Virus record (IMG/VR): IMGVR_UViG_2526164599_000009
Location: 1 to 37,661 of that record
DNA length: 37,661 bases
Direction: 5' to 3' (one strand)
Source of the DNA: a virus
Taxonomy: Duplodnaviria; Heunggongvirae; Uroviricota; Caudoviricetes
Of the stretch, positions 1 through 9,096 are shown piece after piece. Every line of letters starts with the position of its first letter. Position 1 is the stretch's first letter. The translations under genes and the position numbers were made by a program. Below the pieces are notes generated by a model. That model was not told the DNA's origin, did not search any database, and was given only the letters and a program-made list of their open reading frames with translations.

Positions 1-1002
1 TTACCCTCTATTGTCAAAAGGGTTCAATTCAACAGCAGCCTCTAAATGACCTGGAGCAAAATGCGCATAACGCATAGTCATTTTTATATCGCTATGCCCC
101 AGTATTTTTTGCAACACAAGAATATTTCCGCCCCGCATCATAAAATGACTGGCAAACGTGTGACGTAGCACATGAGTTAATTGCCCATCAGGAAGCTCGA
201 TCTTCGCTCTCTTAATTGCAGCGTCAAAAGCCTCATAACATGGTGAAAATAGCGCTCCTCGTTTTTTAGGAAGCATAGCCTGCAATTGAGGTGAAATCGG
301 TACAGTGCGGTTCTTCTTTCCTTTAGTTTTAACAAATGTGATTCGACCGGGCAGTACTTGAGATTGCTTTAATCCTTCTGCTTCACTCCACCGAGCACCC
401 GTCGCAAGCCCAATACGGACAACAACCCCCAAATCTTTATTCCGTGACTCATCACACGCAATCAGAAGGCGCTCAATCTCATCTACATACAGAAACGCCA
501 GTTCCTTTTCTTCCTCACGAAACTTGCGAATACCAGTCAGGGGGTTTTCACCAGACCACTCCCCAAGGCGCTTCAGTTCGGCAAAAACAGCATGTAGATA
601 TGACTGCTCGCGATTAACGGTTGCTTCACTAAGTTTTTTCTTCCCCTTGGGATTCCATTCTCCAGATAGCCTTCTTTCCCGATAAGTAGCAAACATATTT
701 TTGTCAAACTGAGAAGCAAATGGATCTCCCAGCCTGGAACAAATCGCCTCAAGTTTGACTTTGCGCTCTGCACCAGAGGACAAGGTTTTACCGTACATCT
801 CAAACCAACGAGCAATCAACTCAGAAAGACGAGGACCAGAACCATCTTGAAACTCGTCTCCAACTCTACTATTCATTAAACGGCGCTCATAAGAGAGCGC
901 CTCACTTTTTGTCGCAAACTGTTTACGTATGCGTTTTCCCGATGCCCCGTAGGGATAACATTCGCAAAGCCATTTACCTGATGGAATCTTACGAACCGAC
1001 AT
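1..1002 (-). CDS. int: Phage integrase, tyrosine recombinase (P2/186-type)
   Basis: 333-aa ORF with C-terminal catalytic region HVLRHTFASHF...LGHSDIKMTMRYAH typical of tyrosine recombinases; recalled resemblance to phage 186 Int; stop codon at bases 1-3. Confidence 0.9.
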   Translation of the reverse strand: MSVRKIPSGKWLCECYPYGASGKRIRKQFATKSEALSYERRLMNSRVGDEFQDGSGPRLSELIARWFEMYGKTLSSGAERKVKLEAICSRLGDPFASQFDKNMFATYRERRLSGEWNPKGKKKLSEATVNREQSYLHAVFAELKRLGEWSGENPLTGIRKFREEEKELAFLYVDEIERLLIACDESRNKDLGVVVRIGLATGARWSEAEGLKQSQVLPGRITFVKTKGKKNRTVPISPQLQAMLPKKRGALFSPCYEAFDAAIKRAKIELPDGQLTHVLRHTFASHFMMRGGNILVLQKILGHSDIKMTMRYAHFAPGHLEAAVELNPFDNRG

Positions 1003-1007
1003 TTTAG

Positions 1008-1355
1008 TTACTTATCACATAAATCAAATGCAGCCTTAGTGACATCCCCCAGACTCTTTTTTAACCCTGGGGCGGCATCATTATCTAGCCAAAATGGATT
1101 ATTGTTATCTAACGGTAACGCACCAAATGTTTTACCTTTTATTCGAGCCAAACCTGTAAGCGCATATAACTTATTATCGTCAAAATTCATCACATAAGGA
1201 TTACCATCAAGACACTGTAATTGAACCTCATCAGTATTAAATGGCCATACCCCATTGAAACTCTCACGTTCAATAGTTTTAAAAGGCATTGCGAGGGCGG
1301 AAAAAGAAAACATAGATAAAAAAGTAACTAATAGTTGAACCTTTTTTACTTTCAT
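1008..1355 (-). CDS. Small secreted/periplasmic protein, family unassigned (tentatively YebY/DUF2511-like)
   Basis: 115-aa ORF with N-terminal signal peptide (MKVKKVQLLVTFLSMFSFSALA) and two Cys in the mature part; sits between int and the repressor operon; family call is from memory only. Confidence 0.55.
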   Translation of the reverse strand: MKVKKVQLLVTFLSMFSFSALAMPFKTIERESFNGVWPFNTDEVQLQCLDGNPYVMNFDDNKLYALTGLARIKGKTFGALPLDNNNPFWLDNDAAPGLKKSLGDVTKAAFDLCDK

Positions 1356-1384
1356 ATCATTACCTCAATTTAGCTCAAGTAAGA

Positions 1385-2035
1385 TTACAAATTAAAAAAC
1401 GCCCTAGAAATGACACCGCCTACCAAAACCCCTACGCAGATAAAGAATATTATTTCTTTTGGATAAAGTCGGATTAATTCTGAAGCACGAAGTCGGACTT
1501 CTGGTAAGGTCGAACTCTCTGTGTGGCTTGATGCCGATTGTTGCTCTAACCACGACAATGCAGACTGTAACTGAGAACGAGTAAGATCGTTTAAACGTCC
1601 TGTACCGAAATTGATATGGCAATACCGCAGAAGTTTTTGTCGAAGTCCACAGTCTTCACTGTTACGTAGTAATAAACTTACAAGAGCCTTACAGGCATCA
1701 TGATCTTTACATCGCTCAAGCATTGCATGCAGAAAACTCTCCGCTGTTTTATATTGATTTACTGTCATATCATCAATACCAGCTACACCAATCTCCGCAT
1801 GTACTTTTTGCCAAATAATAAACGCTTCAGTATTGCTAGCTTCTGCAATAGCAGCAACCAAGCTATTTAGCTCCTTACGCTGAGCCTTAAGCAAAGGGCG
1901 ATCGTCATCATCATTATTCGAAGGGATTGCGATATTGACGGTCTGAGAACCATCATATCGCTCTATCTGAATATTCTTTTCGTGAAAATCACGCCCAGCA
2001 ACGCGATTGTTTGAACCGTTTGAGTTGACGGCCAT
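1385..2035 (-). CDS. Hypothetical protein with C-terminal transmembrane anchor
   Basis: 216-aa ORF; hydrophobic C-terminal helix IIFFICVGVLVGGVISRAFF; N-terminus NNRVAGRDFHE repeats the C-terminal motif of the upstream HTH protein; 15-bp gap to next gene. Confidence 0.6.
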   Translation of the reverse strand: MAVNSNGSNNRVAGRDFHEKNIQIERYDGSQTVNIAIPSNNDDDDRPLLKAQRKELNSLVAAIAEASNTEAFIIWQKVHAEIGVAGIDDMTVNQYKTAESFLHAMLERCKDHDACKALVSLLLRNSEDCGLRQKLLRYCHINFGTGRLNDLTRSQLQSALSWLEQQSASSHTESSTLPEVRLRASELIRLYPKEIIFFICVGVLVGGVISRAFFNL

Positions 2036-2050
2036 GTCACCTCCCTACTA

Positions 2051-2455
2051 TCACCTACCCTTAGTTTCGTTATAGTCACGACCAGCGATACGGTTTTTAC
2101 CACCAGAAATATTTAACTCACGTCCTGATGGCTGAGTTTCCTTTTCACTGATCGCACCTTTTAAAGCCCCAATCACCGCGTTTTTCACATCTAACGAAGC
2201 TGCTCGAAAGCGAGTAATCAACTCCTGCTCATCATCGTTATAAGTTTCAGGTGAGTGAATTCCCAACACAACATACTGAACATCAAGGCCAAAACGAGAC
2301 AGCGCTGCCAAATACGCAGCATCAGGAAAGCTATCTCCTTTCTCATATCTAAGCTGAGTTAGCTTTTTGACTCCACCAATGTCGCTCATGGCAACTTGAC
2401 TAAGTCCCAATCTTTCCCTTTCCTCACGCAACCGCTGACCAATATCATTTTTCAT
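2051..2455 (-). CDS. HTH (XRE-family) transcriptional regulator, probable immunity repressor
   Basis: 134-aa ORF; N-terminal helix-turn-helix (QRLREERERLGLSQVAMSDIGGVKKLTQLRYEKG); divergent from the early genes as for P2 C / 186 cI; C-terminal tail GGKNRIAGRDYNE. Confidence 0.7.
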   Translation of the reverse strand: MKNDIGQRLREERERLGLSQVAMSDIGGVKKLTQLRYEKGDSFPDAAYLAALSRFGLDVQYVVLGIHSPETYNDDEQELITRFRAASLDVKNAVIGALKGAISEKETQPSGRELNISGGKNRIAGRDYNETKGR

Positions 2456-2530
2456 ACAAAAACCTTGACAGGTATCTTTTTTGATACCAAAATGATTTCA
2501 CGAGCTATTAGATGATCACAATATACCACT
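2456..2530. promoter_or_regulatory. Divergent early/repressor control region with candidate operator palindrome
   Basis: TTGACA at 2465-2470, about 17 bp spacer, CAAAAT at 2488-2493; perfect palindrome GGTATC-N6-GATACC at 2471-2488 overlapping the spacer. Confidence 0.35.
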
Positions 2531-2737
2531 ATGAAACAAGTTCTTCACGATACCAGATCACGCATTCCGCGTAACACCGCCACAGGTCCAAGACTGGCAC
2601 TTCGGCTGTCCCTCGAGGAGCGAGCCGTCATTGATGAAATGGCAGCTAAAGAACAACGCTCATCCTCTAACATGGCGCGCATGATCTTCCTTCGCGGCCT
2701 AGAGCTAACCCAGAAAGAACAAAACAAATCTTCCTGA
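2531..2737 (+). CDS. Small ribbon-helix-helix-like regulator (putative)
   Basis: 68-aa ORF, first rightward early gene; beta-strand then two helices pattern (RLALRLSLEERAVIDEMAAKE...MARMIFLRGLE). Confidence 0.45.
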   Translation: MKQVLHDTRSRIPRNTATGPRLALRLSLEERAVIDEMAAKEQRSSSNMARMIFLRGLELTQKEQNKSS

Positions 2738-2753
2738 TCAGGAGGCTAGTGGG

Positions 2754-2957
2754 ATGTCAGGTATAACCATCAATATCAATGTGAATGCCCCCTATGTATC
2801 CCTGCAGAAATATGCAGAGATAACAGGTATCCCTCTTAATACATGCAAAAAGATGTTGGCTGACGGTCGAATTATTATCCGCCCCAAACGCGCCAAAATG
2901 GAAAAGCCTGAAGTAAACCTTGTGGCGATGTTAAAAGACGCTTTGGCTAACAGCTAA
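2754..2957 (+). CDS. Cox/Apl-like small DNA-binding protein (putative excisionase/transcription regulator)
   Basis: 67-aa ORF; segment YVSLQKYAEITGIPLNTCKKMLADGRIIIRP matches the P2 Cox pattern as recalled; RBS GGAGG upstream. Confidence 0.5.
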   Translation: MSGITININVNAPYVSLQKYAEITGIPLNTCKKMLADGRIIIRPKRAKMEKPEVNLVAMLKDALANS

Positions 2958-2978
2958 AACAATGAACAGAGCACCATC

Positions 2979-3329
2979 ATGAAAAAAAACGCTAATAATC
3001 CATACTCCAAATTTCGTAATGGCGTAGAACGCCATGTACACCACGTCGCTACCAGTGCATCACGTAGTAACAGTCGCTATAACCTGAACGAGACGCACGC
3101 AACACCGGATGGCCACGCTGTAAAACAAATCGGCGAGCATGCCTGGCTGATTGAGAAAGCTGGAATCGTGGTCCACAAATGCCCACGCAATCCGTTTACC
3201 GGAAACCGCATTTTTGCATTGAACTGCGGCGACAATCACTTCGGGCAGGATTTCACATTATACGAAGCACTTCGCACGGTTGATCGTCTGCTTCGCGGGC
3301 AAAGTTTTATTAAACAGGCTGATTTATAA
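2979..3329 (+). CDS. Hypothetical early protein
   Basis: 116-aa ORF in the rightward early operon; no recognised motif. Confidence 0.5.
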   Translation: MKKNANNPYSKFRNGVERHVHHVATSASRSNSRYNLNETHATPDGHAVKQIGEHAWLIEKAGIVVHKCPRNPFTGNRIFALNCGDNHFGQDFTLYEALRTVDRLLRGQSFIKQADL

Positions 3330-3339
3330 CAGGTGCTTT

Positions 3340-3618
3340 ATGACCAAAGAGCATGCACAAGGTGTATTTATCCGTTTTATTGATTTTCGCGGTGAACTGT
3401 TATTACGCGCATCAGCCATTGACGGAGTTGTTCCATCCGAAAAAAACGCAGCTACTTACGTTTATCTGAACGGTACGCGCCTGACTGTGGAGCTTCCGTA
3501 CCAGACCGTACGAGAAATCATTAGCGAAGCTGAAAAGGCACGTCAGGTTAATGGCGATGAACCCTATATCGAAATTATTTGTATGGATTCAGAAGCTGAA
3601 ATTCAGAAAGCAGATTAA
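3340..3618 (+). CDS. Hypothetical early protein
   Basis: ATG at 3340 preceded by AGGTG; the track ORF from 3280 overlaps the previous gene, so the later start is preferred. Confidence 0.5.
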   Translation: MTKEHAQGVFIRFIDFRGELLLRASAIDGVVPSEKNAATYVYLNGTRLTVELPYQTVREIISEAEKARQVNGDEPYIEIICMDSEAEIQKAD

Positions 3619-3629
3619 AGGGCGTTGCG

Positions 3630-3872
3630 ATGGGCAAAGAATATAAAACTCTCATTAACAAAGCACTTGAACGATTTTATTTTCGCTTAAGTGCATCAGG
3701 CGCTCATGCTGAACATGCAGCCCGTGACTCATTGACCAGGGCAATCCGGAGTTTGTATGACGTTGCTTTTTACGCTGATGATCTGGATGCACTGAACGAA
3801 CTTTCCGAGCTGATCTGTGCCGCAGAATGCGGGGAACACATTGAACCGTATAAGCTGGGGAATATCGCATGA
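3630..3872 (+). CDS. Hypothetical early protein
   Basis: 80-aa ORF, tightly packed in the operon. Confidence 0.5.
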   Translation: MGKEYKTLINKALERFYFRLSASGAHAEHAARDSLTRAIRSLYDVAFYADDLDALNELSELICAAECGEHIEPYKLGNIA

Positions 3873-3982
3873 GTATATTTATCTCATGGCTTGTTCTGAT
3901 TATTTCGGTGGCCTGCGCCATTGGGATTATGCGAATTATTCATTCAGTAAAAAAGATTGAACGCTTTTTCACTGACAAATAA
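3869..3982 (+). CDS. Small hydrophobic peptide (37 aa), putative membrane peptide
   Basis: ATGA start/stop overlap with upstream gene; MSIFISWLVLIISVACAIGIMRII is a single predicted TM helix; below the ORF-track length cutoff. Confidence 0.3.
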   Translation: MSIFISWLVLIISVACAIGIMRIIHSVKKIERFFTDK

Positions 3983-4115
3983 TAGCTTAAACAAAACACC
4001 AGATTAAACCCGAAAACCTGAAAACTATCCGCATTCGCGGAGGTATTCGCACACGTAAATAACGGAGATATAAAATGAACGCAAAAGAAAAAATATTATC
4101 AATACATTAAAAATA

Positions 4116-4490
4116 GTGTCAGCAGAGCAAGACAAGCTGTCCAGGGCAGCCCAGAAAGATAATCAACATATGGCAGCGCTTTACGCACTGACCATCGCAA
4201 TAGCCACCTCTGAAGCAGCCAAAATTATTGAGGAACAGGGCAAAGAAATCGACACTCTTAAAACACAGTCAACAGTTGCAGCCATGAATCCGTCCAGCAT
4301 TGGACGCCGCATTTACATTCTTGGTTCGGCAATAATGACGCAATACACCATTATTGCCGAACTGCACGGCAACTACCTGATAACGCCTTACCACACAAAA
4401 GAGTCAGAGCTTCTGACAAATCTCCGCCTGATAGAACGATCTCAAGCTGTATTCATTGATGACGCGCAACGTGCCGTATTTCACGCATAG
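4116..4490 (+). CDS. Hypothetical early protein (start uncertain)
   Basis: 124-aa ORF from GTG 4116; alternative ATG at 4171. Confidence 0.45.
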   Translation: MSAEQDKLSRAAQKDNQHMAALYALTIAIATSEAAKIIEEQGKEIDTLKTQSTVAAMNPSSIGRRIYILGSAIMTQYTIIAELHGNYLITPYHTKESELLTNLRLIERSQAVFIDDAQRAVFHA

Positions 4491-4513
4491 GGTTACTGGA
4501 CAAAGGGGGCGCA

Positions 4514-4717
4514 ATGGCAATTAAGCATTTTCCCATCATTCGCTTTACCTCCAGAGGGCGCGAATACGAGGTCGACGAACGCCTGATTACCACTATCGAC
4601 AAACATCGTTCGGAAAAGGATGCACACCACATCTACCTCACTGACGGCACTTACTTCTGCGCCACCAACGTGGCGCGGGTGAATCTTATCCGACAGGTAC
4701 AGGAGCCACGCAAATGA
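4514..4717 (+). CDS. Hypothetical early protein
   Basis: 67-aa ORF with strong RBS AAAGGGGG. Confidence 0.5.
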   Translation: MAIKHFPIIRFTSRGREYEVDERLITTIDKHRSEKDAHHIYLTDGTYFCATNVARVNLIRQVQEPRK

Positions 4718-4980
4718 CCATTCTGGACTACATCACTACACATCCGGGTTGTAGCGGCGGAGAAATCGCCGCAGCACTGAACACCCCAACCACAGCTATT
4801 AATGCTGAGTTACGCCGACTTTGGCGCAGCGGCTTAGTCATCAGAACAAACCGCAGCACAGGTGGTCGCGCTCGCAAAACTGGAGGCCAGGCTTCTTACC
4901 ACGTAAACCCGATGCCGTTCGGGTGTAGCAATCCACTTACTCACATGTTTAACCAGCTACTGAAGGAAGCCAGAACATGA
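4714..4980 (+). CDS. Hypothetical protein, possible winged-helix DNA-binding
   Basis: 88-aa ORF, 4-bp overlap with neighbours; HTH-like segment GCSGGEIAAALNTPTTAINAELRRLWRSGLV. Confidence 0.45.
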   Translation: MTILDYITTHPGCSGGEIAAALNTPTTAINAELRRLWRSGLVIRTNRSTGGRARKTGGQASYHVNPMPFGCSNPLTHMFNQLLKEART

Positions 4981-5276
4981 GCACCATCAACCACCAGAAG
5001 CTACGCGAACTGGCATTTGCCCTGCAACGAATGGCAACGCCTCAAAAATTACTGGCATTTCGCGCAATGCTCTCGCCGTCTGCCGTGCTGGCACTGCTGG
5101 ATGAGCTGGAGCACGCCAGAACCACGGCTCCTGCCATTCGCCTGACGCTCCATCATGAAATCGCTGATTTCTGCGCGACGTTGAAGGCGCCAGGCGAACC
5201 GGAAACACCGGAAGCAATACAGCAAGAGCTGCTGCAACGCATTGACAAGGTTTTTGATTTTTTTCTGAACCAGTAA
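4977..5276 (+). CDS. Hypothetical early protein
   Basis: 99-aa ORF, overlap-coupled to previous gene. Confidence 0.5.
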   Translation: MSTINHQKLRELAFALQRMATPQKLLAFRAMLSPSAVLALLDELEHARTTAPAIRLTLHHEIADFCATLKAPGEPETPEAIQQELLQRIDKVFDFFLNQ

Positions 5277-5398
5277 GAAACCAGAACATGCACACACAAA
5301 AAAACCGCTTGCCATGCCGCAATCAGTCAGGTTACATTTCCGCTGCACCTCACAAAACGGGTGTCGGGTTTCGCAGCCTGCTGACTACACAAGCGCAC

Positions 5399-5420
5399 AA
5401 CCGCGCCAGCGGTTTTTTTG
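5399..5420 (+). terminator. Candidate intrinsic terminator
   Basis: stem AACCGC / GCGGTT with loop GCCA followed by TTTTTTT. Confidence 0.4.
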
Positions 5421-5598
5421 TGCGTACTGTATTGCCACGTTTTTTTCGCGTCAGAATTATGGCGGGGCGTACGGGGCCGACTTCGGTCGGGCCGGGTTCT
5501 TGTGTAGCCGGTACTGCGAACCTCGTACGTCTCGCCACCCACAGTTTCGCAGCTCTGGATGGTGAGTTTTCACAACTTACTACACAAGGGGCCACACC

Positions 5599-5829
5599 AT
5601 GGCAAACCGCAAACCACACCGCGCTATCGCGGAGCGTCGTCACATCCAGACTGAAATCAACCGCAGACTTTCCCGCGCATCACGCGTCGCGCAAATCATG
5701 CACATCAATATGCTGCATGAGCGCAGCCACGCACTATCAAACATTTATTCCGCCTCTGTTTTCAGCTATCTGGCGGATGATCTGCACGAGCTTCAACAGC
5801 TCATCCAGCAGCAAAACAAACTCCATTAA
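5599..5829 (+). CDS. Hypothetical small basic protein
   Basis: 76-aa ORF after a roughly 320-bp non-coding stretch; weak RBS. Confidence 0.4.
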   Translation: MANRKPHRAIAERRHIQTEINRRLSRASRVAQIMHINMLHERSHALSNIYSASVFSYLADDLHELQQLIQQQNKLH

Positions 5830-5901
5830 TTCCTGTTCCGGGCCTTTCCTGCACCTTGCGGCGGGAGGCCTTCGCACATCTGTAACAAGAGGATTGCCGC
5901 A

Positions 5902-6267
5902 ATGATTCTCGCCAACGACTTTCTTGAATACCTGCTCAACACAGAACGTGATCTTGCCGCTCGCGTGCGTGATCGTTATGACATGTACCAGAAATCCCTG
6001 CCTGTACCGCAGCTCGCTGACGGAAAGATTGTTATTGATGGTCGCTACATGATTGACAGCCACGAGGGAAATTACAGGCTTTACCGCATTGAAGGTGGCA
6101 CCCCGTCCGTTATTGGCATTTACCAGCGCCCATCCTCTGCAATCGTCGATGTGATTGCCGACAGCATCCGCATCACACATCGCCATGCCGACACAGAAGA
6201 CACCGTGCTGGAAATTCAGCGGCTGGCTACAGCCTGCCGCGACACCCTGAATGGCATGACGAAGTAA
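5902..6267 (+). CDS. Hypothetical protein upstream of replication gene
   Basis: 121-aa ORF with RBS AGAGGA; immediately precedes gene A. Confidence 0.5.
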   Translation: MILANDFLEYLLNTERDLAARVRDRYDMYQKSLPVPQLADGKIVIDGRYMIDSHEGNYRLYRIEGGTPSVIGIYQRPSSAIVDVIADSIRITHRHADTEDTVLEIQRLATACRDTLNGMTK

Positions 6268-6273
6268 ATCACT

Positions 6274-9096
6274 ATGACGGCAGAGTACATCAGGGACTGG
6301 CAACAACCGCGCCACGCAGTGGGGCGTGAAGGAACGGGGATCCCCGCTCCTGAATCCGCGCTTTCCTCCTGGCTGGATGCCTACCGGGTAGAGAACGAGC
6401 GCCGCCAGGAAATGGCTGATGCGGCGTTCTCCGCAACGCCGCTGGGCAACCTGATTAATAAAAGCCTGGACGCACAGGAAAAACAGGACAAAACCATCAC
6501 ACTGGCAGGAGACGCCAGAAAACAGGCACGCGGTGCGGTGGATGAAGCCATGGCCTCGCTGCGCCTGCTGCCGTCCTATCTGCGCGATCCGCTTATTCGC
6601 CACCTCTCCTTCCTGCGCAAAAAACAGGAAGCCGATCGTCAGAAAGGCAAAAAGAGCTGGCAGGCTGAACGCTACGCGCGCGGAAACCTGCGCAAAATAT
6701 TCGAACGTCTGGAGCGCACCGATCACCGCTGGCTGACACAGGGTTATCGCTCCCTTGCCGGACGCGAACGCCTGGACGATTTGCTTTACCTGCCGCAGCT
6801 CAACAAACACCAGATACAGACGCTGGCCACCATGACGGCGGCGATGTTCAGCAGCACCTTCGAAAAACTCTGCGATGGCTTTGGCGCGACCGATGGCGAA
6901 CTGACCATGGATGTAACGCTGAAGGCGTATCAGATGCTGGCCCGCATGGCGTTACACCTGCACGCCATGCCTCCACATTATGACGCACTGACAACAGACA
7001 AAGACCGGAGGAACGAACCGGACACGGAGCTGCTGCCGGGCGCAATCCTTCGCCTGACCTGTGCGGAATGGTGGAAACGCAAACTGTGGCTGTTACGTTG
7101 CGAGTGGAGAGAAGAACAACTCCGCGCCGCCTGTCTGGTTTCCAGAAAAACATCGCCCTATCTGAGCCAGGACGCGTTAAGCGAGTTTCGCGCACAGCGC
7201 GAGAAAACACGCGATTTCCTGAAAAGTTTCATGCTGGAAAACGAAGACGGGTTCACGATTGATCTCGAGACAGTGTATTACGCGGGAGTAAGTAACCCGG
7301 TTCACCGTAAGGCAGAAATGATGGCCACCATGAAGGGGCTGGAACTTCTGGCCGAAGCCCGTGGCGACAAAGCGGTGTTTCTGACTGTCACCTGCCCGTC
7401 AAAATACCACGCTACAACAGAGAACGGTCATCCGAATCCCAAATGGAACGGGGCCACCATGCGCGACTCCAGCGATTACCTGGTTAACACGTTTTTTGCG
7501 GCGGTCCGCAAGAAACTGAACCGCGACGGCCTGCGCTGGTATGGCATCCGCACGGTGGAGCCTCACCATGACGGCACCGTGCACTGGCATATGATGGTCT
7601 TTGCTCATCCGGAAGAAATCGACACCATTGTGTCCCACACCCGCGATATTGCCATTCAGGAAGATCGTCACGAGCTGGGCGATGATATTACTCCGCGCTT
7701 TAAGGCGGAGTATGTCGACGGCTCAAAAGGCACGCCAACCAGCTACATCGCCACCTACATCGGAAAAAACCTGGACAGCCGCGCCGTGGATGGCATCGAC
7801 CCGAAAACAGGCAAACCACGCGTTGACCACGAAACCGGAAAATCAATGACCGAGAGCGTGGAACGCGCCATTGGCTGGGCGCGCCTTCACCGGGTCCGCC
7901 AGTTCCAGTTCTTTGGCATCCCCTCCCGTCAGGTGTGGCGTGAACTGCGTCGCCTTGCCAGCCAGATGGCACGCAACCCGGAAGGCCCGCAACGGCTGAA
8001 GGATGACGCAATGGATGCGGTTCTTGCTGCCGCTGATGCCGGATGTTTTGCCACCTACATTGAGAAACAGGGCGGCGTACTTGTTCCACGCAAAGACTAC
8101 CTGATTCGCACCGCCTACGACCTCGCCGATGAGCTGAACGATTACGGCGAACAGAGCGTACAGATTTACGGGATCTGGTCACCACTCATCGGGGAATCCT
8201 CCCGTGTGTGCACGCATCCGGATAACTGGAAGCTGGTAAGACGCAAACCGGAAGCGGAAGACAGCGCCCGCGAAAATGGTTTTGACCTTCAGGGCGGCCC
8301 TGCCGCCCCTTGGACTCGTGGCAATAACTGTCCCCGTGTACAGGAAACAGACAACAACGGGACAGAACAGCCGGAAGAACGGCCAGCACCGTGGCCGCAG
8401 CTCCCTGACGGCGTTGAAGTGAACGAATGGATGCGCTCACTGAAACGGCACGAACGCCGGGCGCTGATGCGTTCGCTTCGTGACAAACAGGCAAAAAACA
8501 GCCGTGATGAAATGCAGAGCTGGACACAGAGCCGCAAACAGCAGCGGCCTTTGCCTGATAACCACGAATTACTCGCTAAAGAATGGCGGGAGTCTGCTGA
8601 ATCTCTCGGCCTGCATATCGGTGAACAGCAGATGCAGCACCTGTTACGGGGCGGCAGTCTGTACGTTGACGGCAGCATCATTGCACCGCAGGGATTTGAA
8701 ATTGTACGCAAACCGGATACCCGACCGGACAGCCGGATCACGCAGCTCTGGCAGCGCCTGAGCCGTAACCACGGCGTAAGCAGCACGGAGATCCGCCATA
8801 ACCCGGTCGCCAGCTATCTGGAACAGCTGGGGGCATCAGACCCCGAAGCCGCCGCACGCCTGGCATCCACACTTCAGCAAGACCAGAACACCATGAAAAC
8901 ACCCGTTACCGTGCTTTCTGACATGCTGCGCGCCATCCGCGACGCAGAGCACGCACAGAGAATCAGTGAAACCACTGAACGCGCCCACCGCAAAGCAGAC
9001 CTGCTGCGGGGTGGCCTGACCAGTGGAAACAAAAAACAGACAGAAACGGGATTCACAAATCCCGTAAATGAGCAAAAAACGCGCCGCGATATATGA
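6274..9096 (+). CDS. A: Rolling-circle replication initiator (P2 gpA-like, HUH endonuclease)
   Basis: 940-aa ORF; HUH-type motif HWHMMVF and tyrosine motif YIATYIGKNLD; position matches P2 A; about 180 aa longer than P2 A as recalled. Confidence 0.85.
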   Translation: MTAEYIRDWQQPRHAVGREGTGIPAPESALSSWLDAYRVENERRQEMADAAFSATPLGNLINKSLDAQEKQDKTITLAGDARKQARGAVDEAMASLRLLPSYLRDPLIRHLSFLRKKQEADRQKGKKSWQAERYARGNLRKIFERLERTDHRWLTQGYRSLAGRERLDDLLYLPQLNKHQIQTLATMTAAMFSSTFEKLCDGFGATDGELTMDVTLKAYQMLARMALHLHAMPPHYDALTTDKDRRNEPDTELLPGAILRLTCAEWWKRKLWLLRCEWREEQLRAACLVSRKTSPYLSQDALSEFRAQREKTRDFLKSFMLENEDGFTIDLETVYYAGVSNPVHRKAEMMATMKGLELLAEARGDKAVFLTVTCPSKYHATTENGHPNPKWNGATMRDSSDYLVNTFFAAVRKKLNRDGLRWYGIRTVEPHHDGTVHWHMMVFAHPEEIDTIVSHTRDIAIQEDRHELGDDITPRFKAEYVDGSKGTPTSYIATYIGKNLDSRAVDGIDPKTGKPRVDHETGKSMTESVERAIGWARLHRVRQFQFFGIPSRQVWRELRRLASQMARNPEGPQRLKDDAMDAVLAAADAGCFATYIEKQGGVLVPRKDYLIRTAYDLADELNDYGEQSVQIYGIWSPLIGESSRVCTHPDNWKLVRRKPEAEDSARENGFDLQGGPAAPWTRGNNCPRVQETDNNGTEQPEERPAPWPQLPDGVEVNEWMRSLKRHERRALMRSLRDKQAKNSRDEMQSWTQSRKQQRPLPDNHELLAKEWRESAESLGLHIGEQQMQHLLRGGSLYVDGSIIAPQGFEIVRKPDTRPDSRITQLWQRLSRNHGVSSTEIRHNPVASYLEQLGASDPEAAARLASTLQQDQNTMKTPVTVLSDMLRAIRDAEHAQRISETTERAHRKADLLRGGLTSGNKKQTETGFTNPVNEQKTRRDI

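Noticed and set aside
5288-5905. 205-aa plus-strand ORF across the GC-rich non-coding region
   Set aside because: No RBS, Ser/Thr/Arg-rich junk-like translation, runs through a predicted terminator and overlaps better-supported small ORFs; treated as non-coding.
5737-6810. 357-aa minus-strand ORF overlapping the 5' part of gene A
   Set aside because: Antisense to a well-supported replication gene, no RBS, low-complexity Ala/Gly/Arg-rich translation typical of spurious reverse-frame ORFs in GC-rich coding sequence.
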